Under the pieces are notes generated by a model. It did no database searches. It was not told the DNA's origin and saw only the letters and a program-made list of their open reading frames with translations. From Schmidtea polychroa (lineage: Eukaryota), in contig CM097888.1 of the NCBI GenBank assembly GCA_044892525.1, forward strand, positions 31,062,001-31,126,000: DNA of 64,000 bases, in the 5' to 3' direction. Both the position numbers and the translations under genes were made by a program. Positions 35,844-49,079 of the stretch are shown in pieces; positions within the stretch are counted from its first letter, which is position 1; each line of letters starts with the position of its first letter.

Positions 35844-36108
35844 ATTCACCACTCGCTCACAGACAGTCCCCACAATGCACCACCCGAGCTATCGAACTGG
35901 ACTTCCATATCAAATCGAGAATCCCTCTATCAATCGTCTCGGCAAGATTTAGCTTTTCGAAAGAAAACAAAATCGTATTTAAATGTTTCAAGATGACAAG
36001 AAGTATGTGATTTATTATTTTTTTTTGTCGAATGTCAAATTAAATTTATTGTTCTATTTGCAGAAAAATATAATTATAATATTGATTTTTCATTGTGAAT
36101 AATAATAT

Positions 36109-36242
36109 NNNNNNNNNNNNNNNNNNNNNNNNNNNNNNNNNNNNNNNNNNNNNNNNNNNNNNNNNNNNNNNNNNNNNNNNNNNNNNNNNNNNNNNNNNNN
36201 NNNNNNNNNNNNNNNNNNNNNNNNNNNNNNNNNNNNNNNNNN
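36109..36242. other. Assembly gap (further gaps at 39813-39981, 55264-55516, 59945-60072)
   Basis: Runs of N. Confidence 1.
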
Positions 36243-37010
36243 TAGTAATAACGAATAAAATTTATTATAATGTCATCAATATAAATCAAATTGTTAATGA
36301 TAAGTTATCACAATAATGTTTATTCTTTTCATCGCATATATATCATCATCATTGACCATTGTCCACATGCACATTCACTCTGTACCTATTGATTCCTATT
36401 ATGTGGTATTTGAATTTCAAAGTTTTTAACGTTCTTCCATCTTCTAACATTTTGAAGGAACAATACCGGATAAAAATTTAATGCGAAAAACACTACTGAA
36501 TTCAATTTTACTAGAGTTATCGAAAAAATTTAAAAAATGATGAATACGAATTTCATTTAAACGGTTATTATAAATACCACAAAGTTCATTTATTTCTATA
36601 ATTTACAAATTTGGAGATGTACTTATAAAGATTATATAAAAAAATATTAAAACACTTTTTGGTGAATATTAGCCAATTTTTCCCAAAATGCACAAATAAC
36701 CTAAAAAATATGTAAAGAATGATAGAAAAACAGCAAATTTGAGTTTAAATTTTTTAAAAAATGTTTAAAAGAATCGAAATTATGAGTCATATATTGGTTT
36801 GCACTTCAACCTTTATTATAGATGACACTATTCAATTAAACCAAGAGTATAGTAAATATACTTTATTTATGCCTGTCGCTCTTAAATTTCGTGTTTATTT
36901 TCTATATATAAATTTGTTCCAGCCAGTGATAAAAGTAATAATTAAAATTAAATAAAGATTGTAAAAAAATTAATTGTGGATAAAACATGTCAAAAATCGA
37001 CATTGTTTAA

Positions 37011-37320
37011 CCCTTTGACTGCTCTGAACTTATATGTTCGTCAAAAAAAATATTCCCCATACGCTCTGAACTAGTATTTTTGCGTCTTATATTTATTTAG
37101 TATATTGCTTAACGCCACTATATTCAATGAGTATTATTCAAGCTTAAACATCTGTGAACGTATTCCAACAAAAATTAATTTAGTCAGACTTATACAAATA
37201 GTTGCCTTTAGCATTATGTGATGAACGTATACTGGTTATAAGTGAATATTTACATTAATTGTCTACAATCAATGCGCACAGCTTGTACAAAATCTCAAAA
37301 CGCGTGGCGCAGTCAAAAGG
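37011..37320. mobile_element. piggyBac-type MITE (310 bp)
   Basis: TTAA|CCCTTTGACTGC ... GCAGTCAAAAGG|TTAA. Confidence 0.85.
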
Positions 37321-37599
37321 TTAATTAAGTTGTTAAATATTTTATAAATTTTGTTTTTTTAAAATTTTAAATGCCCGAAAGATTTTAAGCTGTTTGGTTT
37401 TTGAATTAATTTGGAATTATATTGGTAATTTTAAATAAAGCATTTCGGAAGAAGTTATTTTTTAAGAAAATAATCTTAAAGATATCAATGAACGATAAAC
37501 TAAACCAAATTATAAATTCAAATGATATTCATGATTCTTGCTAGTAAATGCCTTTTGGAACACCAGGTTATAGAATGAATTAAAATATTTAAATAGATT

Positions 37600-38300
37600 T
37601 ATTGTTCGAATGAGATTTCTAGCTGCAATCAGAGCAATCTATAAAGCTAAAAAATATTGGATTTATAATAACTGATTCTCATAGTTAGATATCTTTTTGT
37701 TTAAATAATTGAGAATTGGCGGTTTTGTGAATTAATTAAAACTTGTTATTTATAAATTCTTTGAATAAATATATATTGTTAGTTTCAAGATTTTTCTGCG
37801 AAATTTAAAGATGGATTTAACTCTCATAATCCCGAATATGATGAAATTAAGTTAGTGAAATGGTCACAAGAGAATAGGAATTCAATGCCATGGATTTTCG
37901 ATAATATCAATTTTGAAGATAATAATAATTTGAAATCAAACACAAATTTTGCAGCTGGATTAAAATATTACGGAAATACTTGCTATTTTAATTCAATGCT
38001 ATAAGTTTATTTCAATATTGTTAAACTGAAAGAAACTATATTTGGATTTAATTATATTTTATAGCGGAACTTAATTTGTGGCTATATGCCATGTAATTCA
38101 TGTGCTTTGATGTGTACAATAGAATCAAACACTAAACTCAAATGAAATAAAATTCAAAATATTTATTAAAATACAAAACTTTGACCACATAACAATAATC
38201 AGAATTTCATCGAATAACTTCTATAAAAACCTGTTTAACATCGTAAATGAATGTACTGAAATTACACGCAAAACACGAATATAAATATATTATCAATATA
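37600..38300 (+). pseudogene. USP25/28-like deubiquitinase pseudogene, N-terminal half (Cys box)
   Basis: AGLKYYGNTCYFNSML*VYFNIVKLKE (Cys box with TAA at the conserved Gln); upstream UIM-like FLAAIRAI; downstream NECTEITRK (cf. QDVSEFTHK). Confidence 0.6.
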
Positions 38301-40250
38301 TTGCTATACAAAATTGGAATTGGTTAAGGATTGATTAACAATAAAATGTCACGAATTAAAATTAAAATCGTACAATGGTACAAGAGAACTGGCATTTCAT
38401 CGGAAAAGGTATTTTCATAAAGTAATTTTATAAACAGGGTATTCAGTTATAGCTTAAGTATTTACACTATCTAATGAGGAAAATAATCCATTTAGTAAAA
38501 AATCACTTGTCAATAGCATTATTTAATAATTATTAAAATTGAATATCTGATCAATTCATAAATATATTTTATATAAATTTCTTTATTTTATTTGCTATTT
38601 TCCCCTATATTTTCTATTTTTAGGAAATCATATTTCATTGGTGTTTAAATCAATCAATTCTAATTTAAATTTACATTCAATAATGAATGATGTCGAAGTT
38701 CAAATTAGTTCAAGTAGATAAATACACGATAATGAGAAATAACGAATGAAATTTTGAGGGTGGATTTATTGCTTAAAGATTTTATTAAAGAAACAAATCA
38801 ATATGACATCCAAAACTTCAAATATGCGCAAAAGGATAGAAATTATAATTTGTTACAGACTCATAAATTATTCTTATTTATTATTTTATATTACAGAGTT
38901 TCCCATGCCAATTTGGCATCGTTTCATTAGTGTTTGACATTTACAAATACCAAATTTATATTTCGATTACTGTTGTCAAATACTTCATTTGTTTCATCGT
39001 ATTGTAGCAATGCTATTAATCATTAGGTTGTTCTCAAAAACTTTTATACATTAATCTTTATTCAAAAATGGTAAATTTTTTATGCATCAAAATTGTACAT
39101 TAAAGTCGAATGTTTATGTTATATTCTATTGTGGTTATAATGAATTTTAATAATACAATACAATAATATGTAATAATAATAATGTGCAAACGAATAATAA
39201 TTTTTATATAATTTATTACAAACAATAAAAGCCCGGGAAACCCTGTAAATATTTCTAATTTGACTTGATAATTAGTAGTATGTAGATGTGAGCCCCTTAC
39301 ACCACCATTAGTTACTGCGCACTGGTTAGCAACAGAACTCCCTACCCTACCCCCCTATTTGTTTCAAGGTCAAGTCGCGATTATTGATTTTTAAAATTTT
39401 TATTGATTTTAAAATGCAAAATTTTCAAATAAGAAACTCAAGTATTGATTTAAACGTGCAATTATTGATTAAAAAGTGCAAATATTGATTTAAAAGTGAA
39501 TTTTTACTTTTTTGTTTTATCTCACTGTAGCGCGGGAGTTTGAGATTTTCAAAATATTATTTCGACTAAAATATAGAGGATGACGTCACCTACATCTTTG
39601 CTCACCACAACATTTTTGTATCTTTTCAAGATTTTCCTGGCATGTTGTATTTGTATTTATCATTTTATTATGAATTTTGTTTAATTATGTCAAACACGGA
39701 TGAAATGATGCCAAATTTGCTTGGGAAACCCTGTATTAATTATTACTTATTATTATTATTATTATTAATTAATATTTTTTATTATTTATATTATTATTAA
39801 TAATTTTATATTNNNNNNNNNNNNNNNNNNNNNNNNNNNNNNNNNNNNNNNNNNNNNNNNNNNNNNNNNNNNNNNNNNNNNNNNNNNNNNNNNNNNNNNN
39901 NNNNNNNNNNNNNNNNNNNNNNNNNNNNNNNNNNNNNNNNNNNNNNNNNNNNNNNNNNNNNNNNNNNNNNNNNNNNNNNNNATTCATAATTTATTAATTA
40001 TTTAATTTAATTAATTAATAATTAATATTCTATTTTTTATTTTCCAACAGAAATTCTGATAAAACCTTCAGATGTTATCCCCAAAACGTCCGATCTTGAA
40101 TATATCCCAACGAAAAGTCTAAAGAGAGTCTAATTCTGCATGTTTCTGGTGATATTTAAAATTCAGTTGTTATTTTTTATAAAAATGTAGAGCAGGAAAG
40201 TTTAACAATTTTAGAATGATTTTAAAGTATTATTATGTGAATAATAGTAC

Positions 40251-43200
40251 CTCTGAAAAGCGAAATTTGGCATATATTCAATGTTGAATTGCGACTAATT
40301 ATCTGGACTTTTTTACTAGTAAATCCATTTGTATCATAAACAATAAAAGTTTTATTTTTCCACATTGATGTATTCGATTTATTAAGTCTGTCCAATACCT
40401 CACCGGTTACTGAAGTCACCTGCAACTCATATTCCAAATCCTTTACAATTTCAAATACAATTAAAATTAATGAAAAAGTTTGATTATCGCTCAAACTAAT
40501 TTCAATTCTATGATGATTGTAGACTAATAAACTGCAAAATCTGAATGACTATAAATTGAAATATTAAAATAGTACCATTTTCCTAGATGATCCCCATTTG
40601 TCATAAAGATTAAATTACTTTTAAATGAAGAAAATACCATTTCATTTAACGAAATTAGCTGCGACGAACCGATATAAGGTAATCTTACTGAAATTAGATA
40701 AATAGAATTTTTATTTCATCAATGAACAAAAATTAAATTTGAGTTTTATGAATTTTAAAATCTGAAATATGTTCGATTTAAAAGTTAGTAAAAAGGATGA
40801 GATTTTAAAATTTCTATGTTTGAAATAATTGTAATTGAAATACAAGACTATCAATTAAATATTAAAAAATTACACTCTTAATTGATCTAAATTTATTTCA
40901 TCTTAAAATAATTCTTAGTAGTTTAGTTTATTCACAAGTTAAATTTCGATGATATTTTTATATTAGCAGTTAACAAATTCAAACACAGCGATATATATTA
41001 CAAAATTTATACTTTATATGTATTATCGATATTAAATTTTTGGAACATAAAGAAAATTGAATACTATTTTTCCTGAATATTAAACAAAAATTTAATTTAT
41101 TCTTCTATAATAATTCATTTATGTTTTTAAAATTTTTATAAATGTTGGTAAAAATTTTTTATTTTCCTAACCACTGATTTATTTCAATTTCAATATAATA
41201 TAATAATAAATATAATAATAATACATGAATTTTAAAAATATTAGTTTACTCAGAAGGTTCGTAGTTTTAATTGAAACAAAGTATTTATTAACAACTTACC
41301 GTACCTGCCCGTGACATAGATGGTCGAACATTATATTTACTTACGTGGGTTTACATGCTCGATTTAAAATATTTGTATAGACACATATACAAAATCTTTT
41401 CACTTTAAAATAATTCAATCATTTTTTGACCAAAAATTCGAATTAAATAATTACATTAAATGGTCAACAATAATTTCAAAAGATCAAGTATGAACCATTT
41501 TAATAGTAAATCATTTCGAATTTATTGAGAAGTTTCATGATTATGTACTCTTAATGCTTTTCAAAGACTTCTAAATATTTAAAATATGTCTTTAATAAAA
41601 TGTGGTAGAGGAAAAATAAATGAATATATAAAAGAGTTAGGTAAGTTATTTTTTTTCTGGTCTTCATCAAGAGATGTGGTCTAAGGTTGTCAAAGTGGAA
41701 CACGTATTTTTGGCTTAATAATTTTAGATGTTTATTATGATCTATTCCTTAAGTCAGTGATTCCAAAACTTTTGGAGCTGAAAATTCTTTAGAGCATAAG
41801 AATTTTCACGGATGCCAATGGTTCATAAATTGTGTTTTGCTAATCGACAATGGATATGATAAAAAAATTCAGAAAAATTTGGCGTAGCCCTTGTAACTTT
41901 GTAGCACACATTGAAAACCACTGTTTTAAGTGGTCTAATTACAAATAATACCTAATTTGGTTTTTTTATTAGAATCTCAAAATAAATGATTCCCTATTAA
42001 TCCAATCAATATAAAACATGAAATTTTTCGTATGCAATATGGCCTTAACTGATGCATGAAATTGTTTATCAACGATTTCTTGTTCATAATGTTTTACGTT
42101 ACGAAGGTAAAAATTTTTTCCAATTGTACACTTAATGTAAAATTTTAATATACATTTAAAAATGTGTTATTTTCATTATACTACAACCAGAAATATTTCT
42201 CCCTCAAATTATGTGACACACATATGAGAAGAAAACTTGTGAGAAAGTCTAAATATCAAACTATATTGTATATAAGTTTTTAAAGAGTCATTGATATTTC
42301 GCTTGATATGATATATTTGATAAACGTTAGGGTTGAATGACAGCCTGCTGTAGCATGCTACCTACTTTAGGCAGTAATTTCCATATATAAAATTATTTTG
42401 GTTTCATACGGTTTTTATCATACGGTTGATGCATTTGAACCGATTGCACATAAACAATTGCTCAAATGTTAAAAAGAAACTGACAATGCGAATGAAAGTT
42501 TTGATAAAAATCTTTGAATTTTACAATAGGAAAATTTAATGAAGCGTGAATATAACAGGAAATTAGAATATTGTTGAGTAGTGGCAAATCATTGCTTTGA
42601 AAATTTTAATAATTTAAATTTTATTAGGTTAAGGTATCAATAAAGTTTAATATGTTGTTGGGATTATTGTCATTACTAAGGAACAATAGAAGTCAGAAAA
42701 TCCAATATAATCTCCAATGTATCTCATTATACTGATATTATATTTTTCAGTTTCTCAATTTAAACCAATTTGATAACTGTCCTTTTTGAATTGTTAATCT
42801 AGATATTTGATGAACATTACGAAGTACTATGTTCCAATTTTTGTAAAGCTTTCAATTAAAGCTACTTAAAGATCTCAAAATAACTATTTATTATCCTCCC
42901 AGATTTCTTGGTTTACTTTCTGTTACAATCTCATCAAATTCATCAAAATCTTCTTTAAGTTTATTATTTCAGTTGTAATATTGGAACTAGATCTGCATAT
43001 TTTTCCAAATTTGTAACATCATAAGCATTTCTTTGCCGTCTTCCAAATTAACAATATTATTTAATATGGAATGTTTTATTACATTAAACACATCTAATTT
43101 CTACTTTTTTGATTTTTGATTAAGACCAATGGATTTTAACCGTTTATAGTTATGACTCTCCTAATAACCATAAATTATTTTACTACTTTTAGTCTTTAAT

Positions 43201-44490
43201 AGTGTATATTTTTTTATAAAATATCGACTTTTTTCAATACTTTTAAGACATAAATTTATATAACTGTTAAAAATATTATTACAAATATGTAAAAATCTTT
43301 AAATTAAATAATTTCGTTGGATTGGTTATATGTGGAATATCCAAGTTCAATCACGGACCCCATTTCGTATTTTTCACTGATTTTCTAAATTTTTATAGCT
43401 TTATTTAAATATTACGTAAAAATCAAATTTTAAATCTTATTTAATAATATTCTGCTTATAATATTCTTCAAATTATCTTCATTTTCTATAGATTCCTTAT
43501 TTTTCAATTTTCTGTGGCACCTTTATTATTTGTCAAATAGGCCCACATTTGAGAACTTAATGATGTCTCTTTAATTGTTCATTTGCCAAGTTACATTTTA
43601 ATGAAAAGTGGAGGAGATATAAAATAAGTTTATGCTAATAGTTTATTCAAGAATTTTAGTATGAAATGGTTTCCGCAAAATACCAATTGTAAAGAAAATT
43701 ATTACAACTTCCGGAAGGTAAATGTATTATTTCCTCTAACTAACATTACTATTTATGCCTTACCATATCTTATAATACCTAGGTCACTGAAAGTAAGATA
43801 TAGTTTAAGGATCTTAGGTCACCCTAGATTAATACTAGGTCTTAGGAGTTCTATGAAAATAGCTCTAGGCGTTTACGAAATGAGTTGTGAACCAAGTACA
43901 GTAGAAAATAAGCATTGACGATTTTCGAATAGAATTGCAACCTCCTAATTTATTTTAAGGCTTTTGAGAAATCTATAAAATAAGTAAGTTTTGATTAAAT
44001 CTTATTCCTAATTATAACCTAAATTTATTCACTATAATTTTGGTAATTACCTCCGGTTATTATAACTTCACAAAGTTGCACTGCAATTTTTGAACCATAA
44101 ATCCTTACGAATCGACCAATGGTTCCATTTAATAAGGTTTTGTTTACATAATATGTATTGTTGTATACTTTAACATTATTCTCTAAATTTACTGACCAGC
44201 CCAATTCGGATCCATTGTAAATGATTTCCAATTCACTAATTAAAACGTTGATTTCCATATCGACGATCCAAATATCCTCAAAATCCAATTTCCAACTAAA
44301 AGAAAATTTCCAAAAATATCAACACAATATATATGAAACAAATACTTTACCATGATGTTAAATTCCCATCAACCGTTAAATTTGTCCAAGCTTCATTTTT
44401 TAAATCTTTTGTAGTTTTGGATGCTGATAGATTCTCTTCTTTAAAAAAGCAACTAAGACCTCTAATTATAACAAACAAAATAAATATCAT
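40251..44490 (-). CDS. Secreted protein with two tandem fucolectin/F5-8 type C-like domains (3' end unresolved)
   Basis: Exons 44490-44351, 44295-44051, 40687-40576 and 40531-40251 splice in frame via GT-AG. Hydrophobic N-terminus; VDGNLTSC..GRFVRI..LCEVIITG and TNGDHLGKC..KKVQII..LNICQISLF. Confidence 0.65.
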
Positions 44491-44630
44491 TTGTTTTGAA
44501 TATTATGTTTAAATGAATTGGTAATATATTTATATTTATTTTAAATCATCCTATTATTTTTTGATGACATTATGATGACAAAGTTAAATATTTACAGTAT
44601 TAGTTTTGTTTGATTAAGGATAAATTTTAG

Positions 44631-44634
<4 letters not shown>

Positions 44635-44703
<69 letters not shown>
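44635..44703. repeat. (AAT)23 microsatellite
   Basis: Read directly. Confidence 0.95.
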
Positions 44704-44704
<1 letters not shown>

Positions 44705-45004
44705 TAAATCACAAAAAATTTTATTAAACGCATTTTCGATAATAAAAATATTTAAAAACATAAATTACTTAATATTTTCCATTTATAAAAAATTTATTAA
44801 GTAATTTATAAATGAAAAATTTACATAATTAGAAAAAAGAGTTTTCAAATGCGCATCAGTTCGATACAAGATTTAACTTATTGAATAATAAAAAAAATAT
44901 ACTTTTATGAAAAATGATAAAAAGAAATATTGTATAATTAATATAACCTGGAAAAGAGATAATTAAAATTGAATTATATAAATCATGTTCTAATTTTATC
45001 AACA

Positions 45005-45020
45005 ATGACGTAACTTCCTG
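45005..45020 (+). promoter_or_regulatory. CRE-like TGACGT plus ETS-like ACTTCCTG in a divergent promoter
   Basis: ATGACGTAACTTCCTG about 80 bp upstream of the 45092 ATG, between head-to-head genes. Confidence 0.3.
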
Positions 45021-45091
45021 AATCGTGTGTGATAATTATATTTTACAAATACTGTCATTTGAAGGACCAAATACACTTCTAATTTAAAGAA

Positions 45092-45709
45092 ATGCAATCT
45101 CCAAGTCATATTCCGAAGAAACTCACAGAAAATAACAAGTGCCCGATAAATGAGCTGGGATCAGTAAAGACCAACATATCTGGTTTTTCGACAAATTCAA
45201 TTGGAATGAAATTCAATAAAAGTTCCAGCCAAATAGAACCAATTCTACTAGCAGCTTCCTCGTATGGGTACATTGACAATGAAAAATCTGACACTCGTCA
45301 TAAAATTTATGCATCAATTTTTATTGCCCTTGGAGCTTTGATATTGATATGGGAAACTGTGTTCACAATTTCTATTGTTAGCAAGTTTCACTCTGGATTT
45401 ATTTGTTCACCTTTGCTATGGATAATAAGTGGAATGATATTTTATAATTTAAAAACCGATAAGTTGTCAATTAAAAAGGCCATAATAAATTTCGAAATAA
45501 GTGTGCTCATCGTTGTTTTAATCAGTGCAGTTATTACAGTACTTGATTTTACAGAAAATGAATCGGAAACAAATAATGTGCTATACAGAAATGTTCTAAT
45601 GACTGTTTTCTACACCTCAGCTATTACTATGATCGGAATTCACAGTTTGATCGGATTGAAAGAAATTAATTCCCGTAAAAGCTTTGCTCCGTTCGATTGT
45701 TGCATTTAA
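45092..45709 (+). CDS. Intronless four-TM membrane protein, CD20/MS4A-like
   Basis: 205-aa intact ORF in AT-rich DNA; polar N-terminus then four hydrophobic segments; SGFICSPLLWIISG resembles the MS4A second helix. Confidence 0.7.
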   Translation: MQSPSHIPKKLTENNKCPINELGSVKTNISGFSTNSIGMKFNKSSSQIEPILLAASSYGYIDNEKSDTRHKIYASIFIALGALILIWETVFTISIVSKFHSGFICSPLLWIISGMIFYNLKTDKLSIKKAIINFEISVLIVVLISAVITVLDFTENESETNNVLYRNVLMTVFYTSAITMIGIHSLIGLKEINSRKSFAPFDCCI

Positions 45710-46755
45710 TGGACAGAGAAAATTATATTGTAAATTTATATAAATAAATCGTCAAATCTTTTGTTTTTACTTATATATTGAAATTATTTTTTTAGAGAAT
45801 TAGTCAAAATTTTAATGATGAAATTATTTTGGTGTATTTAAAAATAAATGTAAATCAGTATTTTTACTAAAAGTTAATGACGAGGATTCACCGGATTTCC
45901 ATTTGTCTGATTTAGTTTTCAAAATAAATAATTTCTTTCGGACTTAATTTTCACATTTTGAGTAAGATCAGCCTATAAATTTATATTTGGTTTTAATATC
46001 CTTATTTACAGCGAGTGAAAAAATAAAACAAATATTGCTAAACATTTTTAAAACATTGAAAAATATGTTGAAAAACCAGAACGACAAAGACTTCCTTTTT
46101 CCAAAATTACAGATTCCGTATAAACAAACTTTTCTTTTCAAATATATCGATGCTTTTTTAAAATTCACAAATTTTCGGCACTGTCTTTTTCAAAAAGAAA
46201 ACATCGATATCTTCTCTGATTCATAGTCAAGTTTTTAATTGAAAAGAAATCAGAAGTGAAAATTGAGAAAAGTTTTTATTTTTTCATTCTGTTTGTAAAT
46301 TAATTATGTTTGTAATATTAATTCTGTTTGTATAATTAATTATTGCCTACTTTTCTTTTCATTAAATAAATTAATTTGCCATATTGCTTTATCTATTATT
46401 CTTATTTCATTTGACAACTTTTCTATATTTTACTTTTCAATGATCATTGAAAGCGTTTTCTTTCGTATTCAGTTTGCTGAATAAAAGTTAACATACATTT
46501 GAAGTTGGTATATACATTTAACCCCTTGTGTGATTTGCCCGAACACAATTCGGGTAGGTATTTTGCTGACTGACTAGTCACTTTTTTTCATGAGGTTGAC
46601 CACAGAAGTGGTTAAGATGTTTTTTTTAATTATTTGATTTTAGACTGAATTTATATATTATTAAATTTTTAGATGATAACATATGTTCATTAACACCTAA
46701 ATTTGGTTAAAGTATTTATACACATTTCAAGCGCAAGAAAATAGAAATTTCCATA

Positions 46756-47933
46756 CACAACCGTCGCAAAAGTCACTGGACACTCGTCAAAATGACAAAA
46801 ATAGTCCATGCATAGAAAGTAGTACTTTGTGGCTTGTGTCTAAGTTGCAAAGTATGAGTGACAACGGTTAATGAAATCCATTGGATATTTTGGTACTTTG
46901 TGCCCAGACAGTTTAAAAAATATGAACATTTTAGGTAGCCTATTACAGTAATTATAGGCTCGTTTTTAATGCAGTATACAGCAGATCACAGCTTATTACA
47001 ATTTTCGAAGTCCACAGTTCAAGATGTCATCGCTACCTTCAAACGTGAAGAAATCAGTGTCACTTATAGTTCTGGACGACATAGGAAAAATATAGATTGT
47101 TTTACACGCCACATAGTTCGCAAAAATCGTAACTGCAAAGATCAATGGTTGTCTACTTACACCAATTTCTGCATGGATGTTTAGCGCCAACTTCATGAAT
47201 AGGGTTTCTTCTTTAGTTTAGCATGCAAGGTTCCCATCATTGGGAAGAAGAATCGCACTGCTCAAGTTCAATGGGTTAGAGATAATTTTCACTGGAGTCT
47301 GGAACAATGGAAGTCAATCATTTAGAGTAACGAGAGCAAATTTACCGACTTTCAGTCAGATGGATGTTTGAATGATTAGAGAGAAATTTATGAACGGTAT
47401 TGTCTAATGCGCCTATAATTTATTTGTCGTCAGTGTTTAACTGCAGTCATGGCATTAAGTTGTTTTACTTGGAAAGGATTTGGGCCACTATTATTTTGGG
47501 ATGTATCTACCAGTCATGCCAATCTCTTTGAACAGTCTCTATATTCTAAATTCTGTTTTATAATGATGCTCACAACCTCCGTATCAGGATAAACGTGTAG
47601 ATGTGACTTAAGTGAGATTGACTAGAAGTTTCATCTTTCCTCCGGACATTAAAAAGCCCTGATCTAAAAAAGGTGTGTGGACAGTGTTGGAAAGTCGTTT
47701 TCGAGGAAGGAGTTCGTGGAGATGGTTTTATCAAAACCCAGAAATATTAAGACCTAACAGATTTGTAAGTGTTCGCTTAAAAATTTGGCTGTGGGTTCAT
47801 GTATTAATGTCTTTGAATTCACTATTCTTATCATGCGGTTATTGTATAATATTTATATTATCATTCATTTGATTATTGATATTAATTATACTTAGAAGTT
47901 CTAAATGCGTAACAATACTTTTTGGCGCATATG
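46756..47933 (+). mobile_element. Decayed Tc1-family transposon
   Basis: TA|CACAACCGTCGCAAAAG end; SKSTVQDVI..SGRHRK; WSLEQWKSII*SNESKF; SPDL motif. Confidence 0.8.
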
Positions 47934-47952
47934 ATCTTATTAGACTTATATC

Positions 47953-48372
47953 CAGTGCTCGAAGTGAGGCGGGATAGCCGGGATATTATCCCGGCATTGA
48001 TTATGTAGGCGGAATTGCATCCCGGCACTTCATTTCATATAATCTATAGGTTTATCCCGGTACTTATTTCATTTTATAGGCACACAAATACTGCAATTAA
48101 GGTCACACATAGTACATCCATATATGTATGTATATATATATATTCTTTATTCTCTATTCAATTAAGAATTTCCCAAGCAGCAGTAATGGATAGGTAGGTA
48201 TATTCTGAAACTTATGATTAAATGGGTGGACACCCCCCCCCCCAAAAAAAATTGTTGGACACCCCCAAAGTTTTGCAACACCCCCAACTGAAAATTTCTG
48301 CATAAAAGCCTGGAATCCCGGGTGCCACAGCATGCCTATCCCGGCACATATTTTGTTCCACTTCGAGCACTG
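47953..48372. mobile_element. hAT MITE (420 bp)
   Basis: 14-bp TIR CAGTGCTCGAAGTG; perfect 8-bp TSD CTTATATC. Confidence 0.95.
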
Positions 48373-49079
48373 CTTATATCCTTCTGAGTAAAAATTCATT
48401 TACAATTAAGTACATTTGTTAAAAGTTAATTGAGCATTACTGTTCCACTCTTTAATGTTATTTCGAATTCTACTGCATGCATTCATATTTTAACACTCTT
48501 ACAAATATATCTAATGATCAAATATCCTTTGATTCAATTCCATATTCATCCAAATTATGTGCTCCAAAAGATATCTTGTACGTTCAGTCAAATCTAAGTT
48601 CTTTTTATTCAAAGAGCAAAGTACATATCATATAATAATCAAAAATATCTGACAAAATTATTACTATATTTATTATTATTTATTAATATTAAAACTTCTT
48701 TTGATTTTCACCTCTGATTTCTTTTCAATTGACATTGTATTTATCATTATTATTATTATTATTATTAATTCACAATCATAATCATTATTATACTGAATAT
48801 TGATTATGCTGATTGACTTCTACTTTCCATATTCAGATTTATATTAAAACAAAATTAAAACAAATATCACAACATATTGACAGATTAAAACAAACAAAAC
48901 CATTACAAAGGAATTCAACCAGTAAATAATAGATAAACAATAAAACAATCATATCACAGTGAATTGAAATTGGCAATCCAATCACAGCAAAGATAAAAGT
49001 GCCATAAGCATCAAATTCTTTCTCAATATTACAAAACAATAACAAAGACAATTTAATATTTTTATTAAAGGAAATTTCA

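Noticed and set aside
37990-38010. TAA at a conserved Gln of the USP Cys box, and many TAA codons at 2.8-3.5 kb, suggesting a TAA=Gln genetic code
   Set aside because: The same regions also have frameshifts and TGA/TAG stops. TE pseudogenes show TGG>TGA and CAG>TAG transitions, and the intact 45092 ORF ends in TAA. Ordinary decay explains it.
36074-39987. ORFs spanning N runs (36074, 36095, 39769; also the N-terminal part of 54902-55528)
   Set aside because: Artefacts of translating assembly gaps.
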